64,000 bases of DNA from the human T2T-CHM13v2.0 reference genome, Homo sapiens, in NCBI RefSeq assembly GCF_009914755.1, contig NC_060936.1; one strand, written 5' to 3'. Of this stretch, positions 1 to 18,843 are shown piece by piece; position 1 is the stretch's first letter; each line of letters begins with the position of its first letter. The translations under genes and the position numbers were made by a program. The notes below the pieces were generated by a model that did no database searches, was not told the origin of the DNA, and worked only from the letters and a program-made list of their open reading frames with translations.

Positions 1-850
1 AAAAATAAAGCCTGAAAAAAAGCAGAAAGAAGAAAACAATTAATAGAAGAAATTAGTGAAATAACTGTAGAAGGTACAATAATGAATCAACAAAACAAAA
101 AACTGTTTTCAGAAAAAGTCTAATAAAATTGACTAAAAATTCTTGCAAGATCAACAAGGTTTCAGGATAACAGATTAATACACAAAAATCAATTGTATTT
201 CTGTAAACTACCTATGAACACTCTGAAAATTAAATTAAGTAAAACGTCCTTTTACAACATCAAGAAAAATAAAATAGTTAGAAATAAGCTTGATGAGGAA
301 TGCAAAACTTCTACACTAAAAACTATGAAACATTATTGAAAAAAATTAAAGACCTAAATAAGTAGAAAGATCTCCCATGATCATGTATTGGAAGGTGTAA
401 TATTATTAAGATGGCAATACCACTCAAACTGATCTATAGATTGAACAAAATCTCTATTGAAATCCTAGCTGGCTTTTTTTGCAAAAATGTAAAAGCTGAT
501 TCTAAAATCCATATGCAAATGCAAGTAACCCAGAATAACCAAACAATCTTTAAGAAACAAGGACAAAGTTGGAGAACACACCCTTCTCAGTTTCAAACCT
601 ACTACAAAGTTACAATACCAAGACAGTTTGGTAATAGCATAAGACTAAATATAGCATAAGTCTAGATATATAAATAAATGGAATAGCATTAAGAGTCCAT
701 AAATAAACCCTTAGTTTCTGGTAAACTGATTTACCAGCACACCAGGAAAATGCAATGGAAAAATGAATATTCTTTTCAAGAAATGATGCCTGGACAACTG
801 GATATACACATGCAAAAGTATGAAGTTCAGTCCCTCCCTCACATCACATA
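1..850 (+). mobile_element. Old L1 (L1MB-like) ORF2 fragment, 5' half of an element split by Tigger3 and an inversion
   Basis: Degenerate ORF2 peptide (MAIPLKLIYRLNKISIEI..., KSMKFSPSLTSH) stopping at the TA that precedes Tigger3; continues in frame into the minus-strand L1 ending at 11509. Confidence 0.85.
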
Positions 851-1683
851 CAGTCATGTGCCACAGAATAATGGTGCAGTCAACAACAGACCATATATGC
901 AATGGTGGTCACATAACATTATAACGGAGTTGAAAAATTCCTATCATCTAGTGCTGTCCTGATGATCCTGACCCTGCGTAGGCCTAGGATAACATGTGTG
1001 TTTGTATCTTAATTTTTAACAAAAAAGTTTAAAAAGTAAAAAAGAAAACAAATTAAATAGAGAAAAATCTTGTAGAATAATGATATAAAGAAAGAAAATA
1101 TTTTTGTACAGCTGTACAATGTGTTTGTGTTTGAAGCGGTATTACAGAAGAGTCAAAAAGTTTTAAAAATTAAAGTTTGTAAAGTTATAGTATGCTAAGG
1201 TTAATTTATTATTAAAGAAAGGAAATTATTTTTTATAAATTTAGCATAGCCTAAATGTACAGTTTATAAAGTCTACAGTAGTATACAGTAATGCCCCATG
1301 CCTTCACATTTACTCACTACTTACTCACTGACTCATCCAGAACAACTTCCAGTCTTGCAAGGTCCATTCATGGTAAGTGCCTATACCAGTGTACCACTTT
1401 TGTATTTTATATTTTATTTATACGATATCTTTTCTATGTTTAGACATGTTTAGGTACACAAATACTTACCATTATGTTACAATTGCCTATAGTATTCAGT
1501 ACAGTAACATGCTGTACAGGTTTGTAGCCTAGAAACAATGGGCTATACCATATAGCCTAGGTGTGTAGTAGGTTGTCCCATCTAGGTTTGTGTAAATTCA
1601 CTCTGTGATGCTTGCACAATGACAAAATCACCTGATGACACATTTCTTAGAACATATCCCCCTAGTTAACCAGTACATGATTG
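851..1683 (+). mobile_element. Tigger3/Golem (MER7-type) TcMar DNA transposon, internally deleted
   Basis: TIR-like ends cagtcatgtg... / ...catgattg flanked by TA (849-850, 1684-1685); diagnostic start 'caacaacagaccatatatgcaatggtggtcacataacattataacggagttgaaaaattcctatc'. Confidence 0.9.
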
Positions 1684-2835
1684 TATTTCTTTGAATAAGC
1701 TTTTAGTCCCCTTCTCTTTCTCTTCTCCTTTTGTAACTCTCATAATGCACATATTGTTGTCCCATACTCCTTTAAGCTATCTTCACTCTTTTTTCTTAAT
1801 TTTTGCTCCTCTAAATGGATGATTTCCAATGACCTGGCTTTTTTTCCTGATTCTTTCTTATGTTTGATTTAGTCTTCTGTTGAACCCTTCTATTTAATTT
1901 TTCAGTTTAGTTATTGTATTCTTCAGTTCTATAATTCCTATTTAGTACTTTTAAAATATTTTATATTTCTTTGTTGAAATTATAACTTTGTTCATGCTAT
2001 GGCCCCCTGACCTCTATGAGTATTGTTACGACTGTTATTTTGAATTCTCTGTTTAGTAAATCACATACTTCCATTTCATTAGAGTCAATTTCTGAAGATG
2101 TATCTTTACTTTTATTTGGAATACATTTTCTTATTTATTCATTTTCCACAACTGCGTTGGCCTGTGCATTAGAGAAAATAACCACCTTTCCTAGACTTCA
2201 AAGACTGGTATTGTATAGAAAACCCTCACTAATCAGCTTGGCCAGATATTCTGGGTGCCTCTCAAGCCTTTATGCTGGTTCAAACTGCTGTCCTTTGTTC
2301 TTAGCAGCCCCTAGAAATCTAGAGAATGCCATTTCCCATCAGCACCCAAGACAAACAAAATAGAAGCCAGTTCCTTAAGCAGCAGTCAAAAAAGTTGGGA
2401 AGCTAAATCTGTGGTCCACTTTTTTGCACCACAAGGTAAGTTGGGGGCTGGAGTTTATTGCCCACTTGCTCTGCACTGAGGTGAGAGAGCCACTGTGGCA
2501 ACTTCCCACACAGGTATTAAAACCACACACTTTTTCAAACTACTGTTTGGTCTCTGTAGCCTTCAGGGAACTAACAGATACCAAGTCCCATCAGCTCCCA
2601 GAGACAGGCAAGTTAGAAGCCAGTCCCTGGATATTAGCCAGGAAATTTGGGGTGCTAGTTGTGTGATCGAGCTCTTTCTACTGAGAAGCCAGAAGCTTGG
2701 TTTTATAGGTTTTATTGCCTGAATAAGCCAGGGGGAGGAGCTATGGGAAGTGCCCTGATACCTGTTCAAAATCACTGCTTGCTTTGTTCTGTATAGCCCC
2801 TGGGGACTAGCAAATGCAGGGCCCTGCCAACTTTC
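1684..2835 (-). mobile_element. Old L1M 5'UTR and ORF1 N-terminal part; partner of 12983-19820
   Basis: Reverse complement at the junction reads KSLFKEI, which continues as TAENFPGLWK at 12985. Confidence 0.8.
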
Positions 2836-2860
2836 TGTGAGGGGGGTCGGGGATGGGGGG

Positions 2861-3266
2861 GAGAGAGAGAGAGATAGAAGAAAGATGTATTATATGCAAT
2901 TGGCTCACATGATTATGAAGGCTGAGAAGCCCCAAGATCTGCAGTTGGCGGGCTAGAGACCAAGGAGAGCCAATTTTGTAAATTTTAGTCTCAATCCAAG
3001 TCTAGAGGCAGAGAAGACCAAAGTCCCAGCTCAAAGACAATCAAACAAAATGAGAGAATTCTCTTTCACTTAACCTTTTTCTTCTATGCAGGCTTTCGAT
3101 GGATTGGTTGAGGCCCACTCGTATTAGGAAGGAGAATCTGCTTTTCTCAATCTACTGGCTCAAATGTTAATCTCATCCAGAAACCCTCATTATCCAGAAT
3201 AATGTTTAACCAAATATCTGGCCACTCTGTGGCCCAGTCAAGTTGGGCATAAAATAAACCATTGCA
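2861..3266 (-). mobile_element. MLT2 (ERVL) LTR
   Basis: 'ttggctcacatgattatgaaggctgagaagccccaagatctgcag' and terminal 'ggcccagtcaagttgggcataaaataaaccattgca'. Confidence 0.85.
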
Positions 3267-3274
3267 CTGCTATA

Positions 3275-4019
3275 TATACATTTGTTTTTTCTACAGTAAT
3301 CCTGTGTTTAGTAACTCTGCTACACTTATTTATTAATTCAATAATTTACCTGTAAGTTACTTGAGTTTTCTAAATATACATCATATTATCTGTAAGTAAT
3401 AATTTTATTTTTCTTGTCCTACCTTTATAAGTTTTATTATGTTTGTTTTGCCTCCTTGAATTTTCTAAAACCTAAGTACAGTGTTTATTAGAAGTGATGA
3501 GAGCAGACATTATTGTTTTGTTTCTAATCTCAGAGGGAAAGCATCTGACATTTCACCATTAAGTAAGATGTTTGCTGTAGCTTTTTTATTAGACACATTT
3601 TATCACAAGAAAATTCCCTTTTATTCCCAGTTTGCTAAGAGTATGCTTGCTATTAATGTTTTTTAAAGTAGATACATTGCTTCATTCACATCTACTGACT
3701 ATATAATTTTATTTTCCTTATTTTACTATTGATTTTTTTAAATGTTGCTTTAGCAACATTAAATACTAAGTTTTACATTCTGGAAAATTCCTACTCAGTT
3801 ATCAGTTTTATATATTGCTTAAGATATTGTTTTCAAATTTGTGCATTTATGTTTATTAATGATATTGGCTTATCATTTTTCTTTTTTACAATGTCTTTAT
3901 TAAGTTTTGGTATCAAGGTTCAGTGGGCCTAAAATGAGATGAAAAATATTTCCTCTTTTATTTTCTGAAAAAGAAAACATAAACTTGCAACATTTTTTCT
4001 TATATATTAACTTAAATTT
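3275..4019 (-). mobile_element. Very old L1M ORF2 fragment (further remnants at ~4545-4590 and ~10215-10350)
   Basis: T-rich antisense ORF2 motifs such as 'ttcaccattaagtaagatgtttgctgtag' and 'ttttggtatcaagg'. Confidence 0.7.
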
Positions 4020-4029
4020 GCAAAATTAT

Positions 4030-4332
<303 letters not shown>

Positions 4333-5095
4333 GCAAAATTATCTTTAATGAGGAAGTAAAGTTATACATATAAATATAAAATTATATAATTGTACAAAAA
4401 TATATATAATATATAATTATTATACATATAAATATACATTTTAATATACGTATTATATATACACTGTACTTAGGTTTTAGAAAATGCAATTTTTATAAAT
4501 TATAAATATAAAAGTTATAAATATAAAAATTTTAAAACATTATATATCTATTCAGATTTCCTCACGTATCACTCTCGGTAAAAAATCTTTTCTGGGGGGG
4601 GTTCCAAGATGGCCGAATAGGAACAGCTACAGTCTACAGCTCCCAGCCTGAACGACGCAGAAGACGGGTGATTTCTGCATTTCCAACTGAGCTTTGAAGA
4701 GAGTAGTTGTTCTCCCAGCATGGAGTTTGAGATCTGAGAACAGACAGACTGCCTCCTGAAGTAGGTCCCTGACCCCCAAGTAGGCTAACTGGGAGGCACC
4801 TCCCAGTAGGGGCCGACTGACACCTCATACGGCCGGGTGCCCCTCTGAGACGAAGCTTCCAGAGAAATGATCAGGCAGCATCATTTGCCATTCTGTAATA
4901 TTTGCGGTTCTGCAGCCTCTGTGGTGATACCCAGGCAAACAGGATCTGGAGTGGACCTCCAGCAGACTCCAACAGACCTGCAGCTGAGGGTCCTGACTGT
5001 TAGAAGGAAAACTAACAAACAGAAAGGACATCCACACCAAAACCCCATCTGTACTTCACCATCATAAAAGACCAAAGGTAGATAAAACCACAAAG

Positions 5096-6098
5096 ATGGG
5101 GAGAAACCAGATCAGAAGAGCTGAAAATTCTAAAAATCAGAGCGCTTCTTCTCCTCCAAAGGAATGCAGCTCCTCGCCAGCAATGGAACAAAGGTGGACG
5201 GAGAATGACTTTGACAAGTTGAGAGAAGAAGGCTTCAGAAGATCGGTAATAACAAACTCCTCTGAGCTAAAGGAGGATGTTCGAACCCAATGCAAAGAAG
5301 CTAAAAACCTTGAAAAAAGATTAGACAAATGGCTAACTAGCATAAAGAGCATAGAGAAGACCTTAAATGACCTGATGGAGCTGAAAACCATGGCACGAGA
5401 ACTACGTGATGCGTGCACAAGCTTCAGTGGCCGATTCGATCAACTGGAAGAAAGAGTATCAGTGACTGAAGATCAAATGAATGAAAGGAAGTGAGAAGAA
5501 AAGTTTAGAGAAAAAAGAGTAAAAAGAAATGAACAAATCCTCCAAGAAATATGGGACTATGTGAAAAGACCAAATCTACGTCTGATTGGTGTACCTGAAA
5601 GTGATGGGGAGAATGGAACCAGGTTGGAAAACACTCCTCAGGATATTATCCAGGAGAACTTCCCCAACCTAGCAAGGCAGGCCAACATTCAAATTCAGGA
5701 AATACAAAGAACACCACAAAGATAATCCTTGAGAAGAGCAACTCCAAGACACATAACTGTCAGATTCACCAAAGCTGAAATGAAGGAAAAAATGTTAAGG
5801 GCAGGCAGAGAGAAAGGTCAAGTTACCCACAAAGGGAAGCCCATCAGACTAACAGCAGATCACTCGGCAGAAACTCTACAAGCCAGAAGAGAGTGGGGGC
5901 CAATATTTTCAATCCAGAATTTCATATCCAGCCAAACTAAGCTTCATAAGTGAAGGAGAAATAAAATCCTTTACAGACAAGCAAATGCTGAGAGATTTTA
6001 TCACCACCAGGCCTGCCTTACAAGAGCTCTTGAAGGAAGCACTAAACATGGAAAGGAACAACCAGTACCAGCCACTGCAAAAACATGCCAAATTGTAA
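5096..6098 (+). pseudogene. L1 ORF1p remnant (premature stops, small deletion near 5905)
   Basis: MGRNQIRRAENSKNQSASSPPKECSSSPAMEQ...; stop at 5494. Confidence 0.9.
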
Positions 6099-6161
6099 AG
6101 ATCATCGATGCTAGGAAGAAACTGCATCAACTAACGAGCAAAATAACCAGCTAACATCATA

Positions 6162-9981
<3,820 letters not shown>

Positions 9982-10354
9982 ACAATGACAACACTTGGAC
10001 ACAAGGTGGGGAACATTACACACTGGGGCCTGTCATGGGGTGGGGGGAGTGGGGAGGGATAGCATTAGGAAATATACCTAATGTAAATGACAAGTTAATG
10101 GGTGTTGCACACCAACATGGCACATGTATGCCTATGTAACAAACCTGCATGTTGTGCACGTGTACCCTAGAACTTAAAGTACAATAAAAAATTTAAAAAT
10201 AAAAAATTTTTCCCTGGGAGTTTGCTCATGTCATCAAAATTTTCAAATTTATTTTCATAAATTTTTTTGAAACATCTTATTTTTTTTTAGTATTTGTGGG
10301 ACATATTGTAGTGTTATTTTTATTAGTATTATTGATTACCTTTTTTGTCCTTTC

Positions 10355-11509
10355 TTTTTAATAACAGCTTTGAGATAAATTTACATAAAATAAAATTCAC
10401 ATGCCATAATATTGTAAAGTGTTTTTTAGTATATTCATAGTTGTGCAACCATTACTACTATATAATTTAAGCATATTTTTATTACCCCAAAAGAAACTCT
10501 GTACCCACCACCAAGCAAGGACACTCCATTTTCCCCTACCCCCAGTCTTAAGCAATCACTAATCTACTTTTTGTACCTATGAATTTGCTTATTCTGGACA
10601 TTGTACATGGATGACATTATACAATATGTGGCCTTTTGTGACTGGATTCCTTCAGTTAGCAAAATGTTTTCAAAGTTCATCCATGTCGTAGCATGTATCA
10701 GTAGTTTGTTGCTTTTTATTGCCAAATAACACTTCATTGTATAGATACTACACATTTTGTCCTTTCACTCATTAGTTAATGTATCTTTGAGCTTGTTTTT
10801 CACTTTTTATCCATTATGCTGCTATATAAGTTTTTATGTTTACATATGTTTTCAATTATCTTGTGTATATATCTAGAAGTGGGGTTTCTAGGTCATACTC
10901 TAGGTTTAATGTTTTTGAAAAACTGTCAAACTGTTTGGCAGAGTGGATGTACCATTTTACAGCCCCACCAGCATTCACTGAGGGTCTCAATTTCTCCATA
11001 TCCTCTATAAACTTGTTACTGCCTATATTTTATATTTTAGCCATTCTAGTGAGTATGAAGTGGTATCTCATTGTGGTTTGATTTGTACTTCCCTAATAAC
11101 TAGTGAGGCTAAGCATCTTTTCATGTAATTATTAGCCATCTTAATATCTTCTTTGGGATAAAAGCTTCTTTTTCTATTTTTAATTAGGTTATTTCTCTTT
11201 TATTATTAAGTTTCAAGGATTTCTTAAATATTCTAGATACACATTCCTTACCAGATATATATGTGCAAACATTCTCTCTCATTTTGTTGGTTGTCTTTTT
11301 ATTTTCTTAACTGTGTCCTTTTGAAACCCAAACATTCATAATTGTGATAAAGTCTCATCTACCTATATTTTCTTCTGTCACTTGTGATGTTGGTATTATA
11401 GGTAAGAAATCATTGCCTAACTCAAAGGCATGAAGATTTCCTCTTTTTGGGTTTTATAGTTTTAGCAGTTATATTTAGAACTATGATCCATTTTGTGTTA
11501 ATGTTTGTA
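10355..11509 (-). mobile_element. L1MB-like 3' end (ORF2 C-terminus and 3'UTR); continuation of the element at 1-850
   Basis: Reverse complement from 11509 reads TNINTKWIIVLNITAKTIK; L1MB-type 3'UTR 'acagctttgagataaatttacataaaataaaattcac'. Confidence 0.85.
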
Positions 11510-12982
<1,473 letters not shown>

Positions 12983-14453
12983 TAACGGCTGAAAACTTTC
13001 CAGGTCTCTGGAAGGCAATAGACGCCAGATCCAGGAATCCCAAAGGATATCAAATAAATGAACTCAAAGAAATCTACACTGAAAACACATTATAATCAAA
13101 TAATCAAAAGTCAAAAACAACGAGAATTTTGAAAATGGCAAAAGTGTCTTGTCACATACAAAAGAACTTACACAGGGCTATAAGTAGATTTTTCAGGAGA
13201 AATCTTGCAAGTCAGATGGGAGTGGGATGATATATTCAAAGTGCTAAAACAAAACAACAACAACAAAAATCTGCTGATCAGGAATACCATGTCTCGCAAA
13301 ATTGTCTTTCAAAAATGAAGAAGAGACACTTTTCCAGAGAAACAAGCTGAAGGAATTATTCACCACTAAACCTGCCCACAATAAATGCTAAAAAGAGCCC
13401 TTTGAGTTGAAATAACAGAATGTTAAACAGCAACACAATGGCATAAGAAAGTATTAATACAAAACTCGTTGGTAGAAATAAATATGTAAACAAATGCAGA
13501 ATTCTCTATTATTTTAATGGTGGTAAGTAAATTACTTTTAATCTTGACATAAAAGACAAAAGTACTACAAAATAAGACAGTTAAAATTACATAAATGAAT
13601 ATATGACATAGATAAATATAAATTATAACATCAATAACATATAATGTGGAGGGGAGTGGTAAAACTGTAGAGTTTTATATGCAAGTGAAGTTAACTTGTT
13701 ATCAGTTTAAAATAGACTATGATAACTATATGATATATTGTGGAAGCCCGATAGTAAACACAAAGAAAACACCTATAAAAGTTACACCAAAGAAGAAAAG
13801 AAAAGAATCAAAGTATATCAACACACACACACAAAAAAAAATGAAACACAAAGGAATACAGCAAGACAAAGAATGAAAAAAACTACAAGATAAACAGAAA
13901 ACAGTTGAAAAAATGAAAATAGTAAATACTTCCTTCTGAATAATTACTTCAAATGCAAGTGAATTAAACTTCCCAATTCAAAGACATAAACTGATTAAGT
14001 GGTTTTTTTAATCCAAATTTATGCTGTCTATAAAAGACTCACTTTAGATTTAAAGACACACATAGGATGGAAGTTAAGGGATGGAAAAAAGTATTTTGCA
14101 TAAATGGTAACCAAACGGAACAGGGGTGGCTACCATTATATCAGACAAAATGAACCCTAAGTAAAAAAACTGTCACAAGAGACAAAGAAGGACATTATAT
14201 AATGATAAAAGTGTTAATCGATCAGGAAGATAAAATAATTATAAATATATAGGTACTCAACAAAGAGCCCCTAAATATATAAAACAAACATTGACAGAAA
14301 CAAAGCAAGAAATAGACAGCAAAACAATAATACTAACAGACTTCAATATCCCACTTTAAATAATGGATAAGTCAACATGATAGAGAATCAACAAGATAAG
14401 AGCGGAAGTAAATAACAACATAGACCAAATAGACCTAAAAGACATATATTTTC

Positions 14454-16445
14454 TTTTTTTTAATAGTTGGAAAAATTTATTATATTTGATGAAAATGATT
14501 AAGTTACATATCCAAGAAACTCAACTAACTCCAATTAGGAAAAAAGTCAAAGAAATCCACACCTAGATATATCATAATAAGCTGCTGAAGGAAAAGAAAG
14601 AATCTTTTTTTTTTAATGTTTGGGTAATTATACATTTTAGAATCTTTTTTTATTATTATACTTTAAGTTCTAGGGTACATGTGCACAACGAGCAGGTTTG
14701 TTACATATGTATACATGTGCCATGTTGGTGTGCAACACCCATTAACTCGTCATTTACATTAGGTATATTTCCTAATGCTATCCCTCCCCACTCTCCCTAC
14801 CCCATGACAGGTTCTGGTGTGTGATGTTCCCTACCCTGTGTCCAAGTGTTGTCATTGTTCAATTCCCACCTAAGAGTGAGAACATGCGGTGTTTGGTTTT
14901 CCGTCCTTGTGATACTTCACTCAGAATGATGGTTTCCAGCTTCATCCATGTCCCTACAAAGGGCATGAACTCATCCTTTTTTATGGCTGCATAGTATTCC
15001 ATGGTGTATATGTGCCACATTTCCTTAATCCAGTCTATCGTTGATGGACATTTGGGTTGGTTCCAAGTCTTTGCTATTGTGAATAGTGCCACAATAAACA
15101 TACGTGTGCATGTGTCTTGATAGCAGCATGATTTATAATCCTTTGGGTATATACCCAGTAATGGGATTGCTAGGTCAAATGGTATTTCTAGTTCTAGATC
15201 CCTGAGGAATTGCCACACTGACTTCCACAATGGTTGAACTACTTTACAGACCCACCAACAGTGTAAAAGTGTTCCTATTTCTCCACATCCTCTCCAGCAC
15301 TTGTTGTTTCCTGACTTTTTAATGATCGCCATTCTAACTGGTGTGAGATGGTATCTCATTGTGGTTTTGATTTGCATTTCTCTGATGACCAGTGATGATG
15401 AGCATTTTTTCATGTGTCTATTGGCTGCATAAATGCCTTCTTTTGAGAAGTGTCTGTTCACATCCTTTGCCCACTTTTTGATGGGGTTGTTTGTTTTTTT
15501 CTTGTAAATTTGTTTAAGTTCTTTGTAGATTCTGGATATTAGCCCTTTGTCAGATGGATAGATTGCAAAAATTTTCTCCCATTCTATAGGTTGCCTGTTC
15601 ACTCTGATGGCAGTTTCTTTTGCTGTGCAGAAGCTCTTTAGTTTAATTAGATTCCATTGCTCAATTTTGGCTTTTGTTGCCATTGCTTTTTGTGTTTTAG
15701 CCATGAAGTCCTTGCCCATGCCTATGTCCTGAATGGTATTGCCTAGGTTTTCTTCTAGGGTTTTTATGGTTTTAGGTCTGACATTTAAGTCTTTAATCCG
15801 TCTTGAATTAATTTTTGTGTAAGGTGTAAGGAAGGGATCCAGTTTCAGCTTTCTACATATGGCTAGCCAGTTTTCCCAACACCATTTATTAAATAGGGAA
15901 TCCTTTCCCCATTGCTTGTTTTTGTCAGGTTTGTCAAAGATCAGATGGTTGTAGATGTGTGGTATTATTTCTGAGGCCTCTGTTCTGTTCCATTGGTCTA
16001 CATCTCTGTTTTGGTACCAGTACCATGCTGTTTTGGTTACTGTAGCCTTGCAGTACAGTTTGAAGTTAGGTAGCGTGATGCCTCCAGCTTTGTTCTTTTT
16101 GCTTAGGATTGTCTTGGCAATGCAGGCTCTTTTTGGTTCCATATGAACTTTAAAGTAGTTTTTTCCAATTCTGTGAAGAAAGTCATTGGTAGCTTGATGG
16201 GGATGGCATTGAATCTATAAATTATCTTGGGCAGTGTGGCCATTTTAACGATATTGATTCTTCCTATCCATGAGCATGGAATGTTCTTCCATTTGTTTGT
16301 GTCCTCTTTTATTTCATTGAGCAGTGGTTTGTAGTTCTCCTTGAAGAGGTCCTTCACATCCCTTGTAAGTTGGATTCCTAGGTATTTTATTCTCTTTGTA
16401 GTAATTGTGAATGGGAGTTCACTCATGATTTGGCTCTCTGTTTAC
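14454..16445 (-). mobile_element. 5'-truncated L1PA5-like insertion with 3' transduction
   Basis: L1 body 14645-16443 with a 427-codon ORF2 C-terminus ending FSLLGGN; TSD agacatatattttc at 14440-14453 and 16446-16459. Confidence 0.93.
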
Positions 16446-18148
16446 AGACATATATTTTCAATCAACAACAGAATATATATTCTTCTCAATTACACATGGA
16501 ACATTCTCCAGGACAGTTCACATGCTAGGTCACAAAACAAGACTTAAAATATTTAAAAGACCAAAATCATACCAAATAACTTTTCTGACCACAATGGAAT
16601 GAAACTGAAAATTAGTAGCAGAAGAAAAACTGGAAAATTCACAAATAGGTGGAAATTAAACACTACACTTTTAAACAACCTATGAGTCAAAGAAAAGTTA
16701 AAAAGCAGTTAAAAAACATCTTAGGACAAATAAAAACAAGACAATACATAAAAACTTATAAGATACAGGAAAAGCAGTAATGAGAGGGAAGTTTATAGCA
16801 ATAAATACCTACATTAAAAAAGAAGAATGATCTCAAGTAGCATAACCTTATATCTCAAGGAACTAGAAATAAAAACAAACCAAACTCAAGGTTAGCAGAA
16901 GGAAGAAAATAATAAAGATTAGAGCAGAAATAAGTAACATAGAGAACAGGTAAACAACAGAAAAAAATCAGCGAAATTAACGGTTGTTTGAAAAGATAAA
17001 ATTGAGAAATCTCTAGCTTGATTAAAAAAATACTTAAATAAATAAAATCATAAGTTACAGAAGAGATATTACCACTGATACCACAGAAATGAAAAAGATC
17101 ATGAGTCTACTATAAACACAGAAATAAAAAATATCATAAGAATCTGCTATAAACAATTATGTCAACAAAATGGATAACTAAAAAGAAATAAATAAATTCC
17201 CAGAAACAAAGAGCCTACCAAGACTGAATCATGAAGAAATAGAATGTCTGAACAGACCTATAACAAGTAGAGAGATTCAATCAGTAATCAAAAATCTTCA
17301 AAGAAAAGCCCAGCGCCAGATGACTTTACTGGTGAATTCTACCAAATATTTAAAGAAATAACACCATTCCTTCTCAAATTCTTCTAAAAAAAGAAAAACT
17401 GTAGAGGAGAAAATACATCCAAACTCATTTTATGAGGCCAGCATTACCCTGATACCAAAGCCAGACAAAGACAGCACAAGAAAAGAAAACTACACACAAA
17501 TATTCCTGTGAAAATAAGTAAGAAATCTTCAACAAAATACTAGCAAATCAAATTCAACAGCGCATTAAAAGGATCACACACCATGACCAAGTGAGATTTA
17601 TCCCTAGGATGCCAGGATAGCTCAACATATACAAATCAATTAATGTGACACACCACATTAACAAAATGACAAACAAAACCCATAAGATCATCTCAATAGA
17701 TGCAAGAAAAAGCATTTGATAAAACTTGACATCCTTTCCTGGTTAAAATAAAACAATAAATAAATAAATAAATAAATAAAATGGAATTTTTCAAAATTAA
17801 CTCTTTTATAATTTGTTTTTAAACTTAATATATTTCTTTTTTCCATGTCAAAAATATAGCTCTGAATCATCAACTCAAAAAAAAAAAACTCTCAACAAAT
17901 TAGTAATAGAAGGAAATTACTTCAACATTATAAAGGCCATATACGACAAGCCCACAGCTAACATCACACTCAACAGAGAAAAAAATGAAAGCTTTTTCAC
18001 TAAGATTGGGAAAAGGAATCCCAAAGGGTACCAAATAAATGAACTATTACCACTTCTATTTAACAATGTTCTAGATGTCTAGCTAGAGCAACTAGGAAAG
18101 AAAAAGATAAAAGATCCAAATCAGAAGAAAAGAAATAAAATTGTTCCT

Positions 18149-18843
<695 letters not shown>

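Noticed and set aside
4634-4828. Antisense ORF across the spliced 5'UTR junction
   Set aside because: Short and not ORF0 (whose region is spliced out); no evidence of expression.
10025-10060. G-quadruplex-like tract
   Set aside because: Standard L1PA 3'UTR G-rich tract.
14859-16142. 427 aa ORF, the longest in the window
   Set aside because: Ordinary C-terminal part of L1 ORF2p in a 5'-truncated copy, with no promoter or EN/RT core; not a gene.
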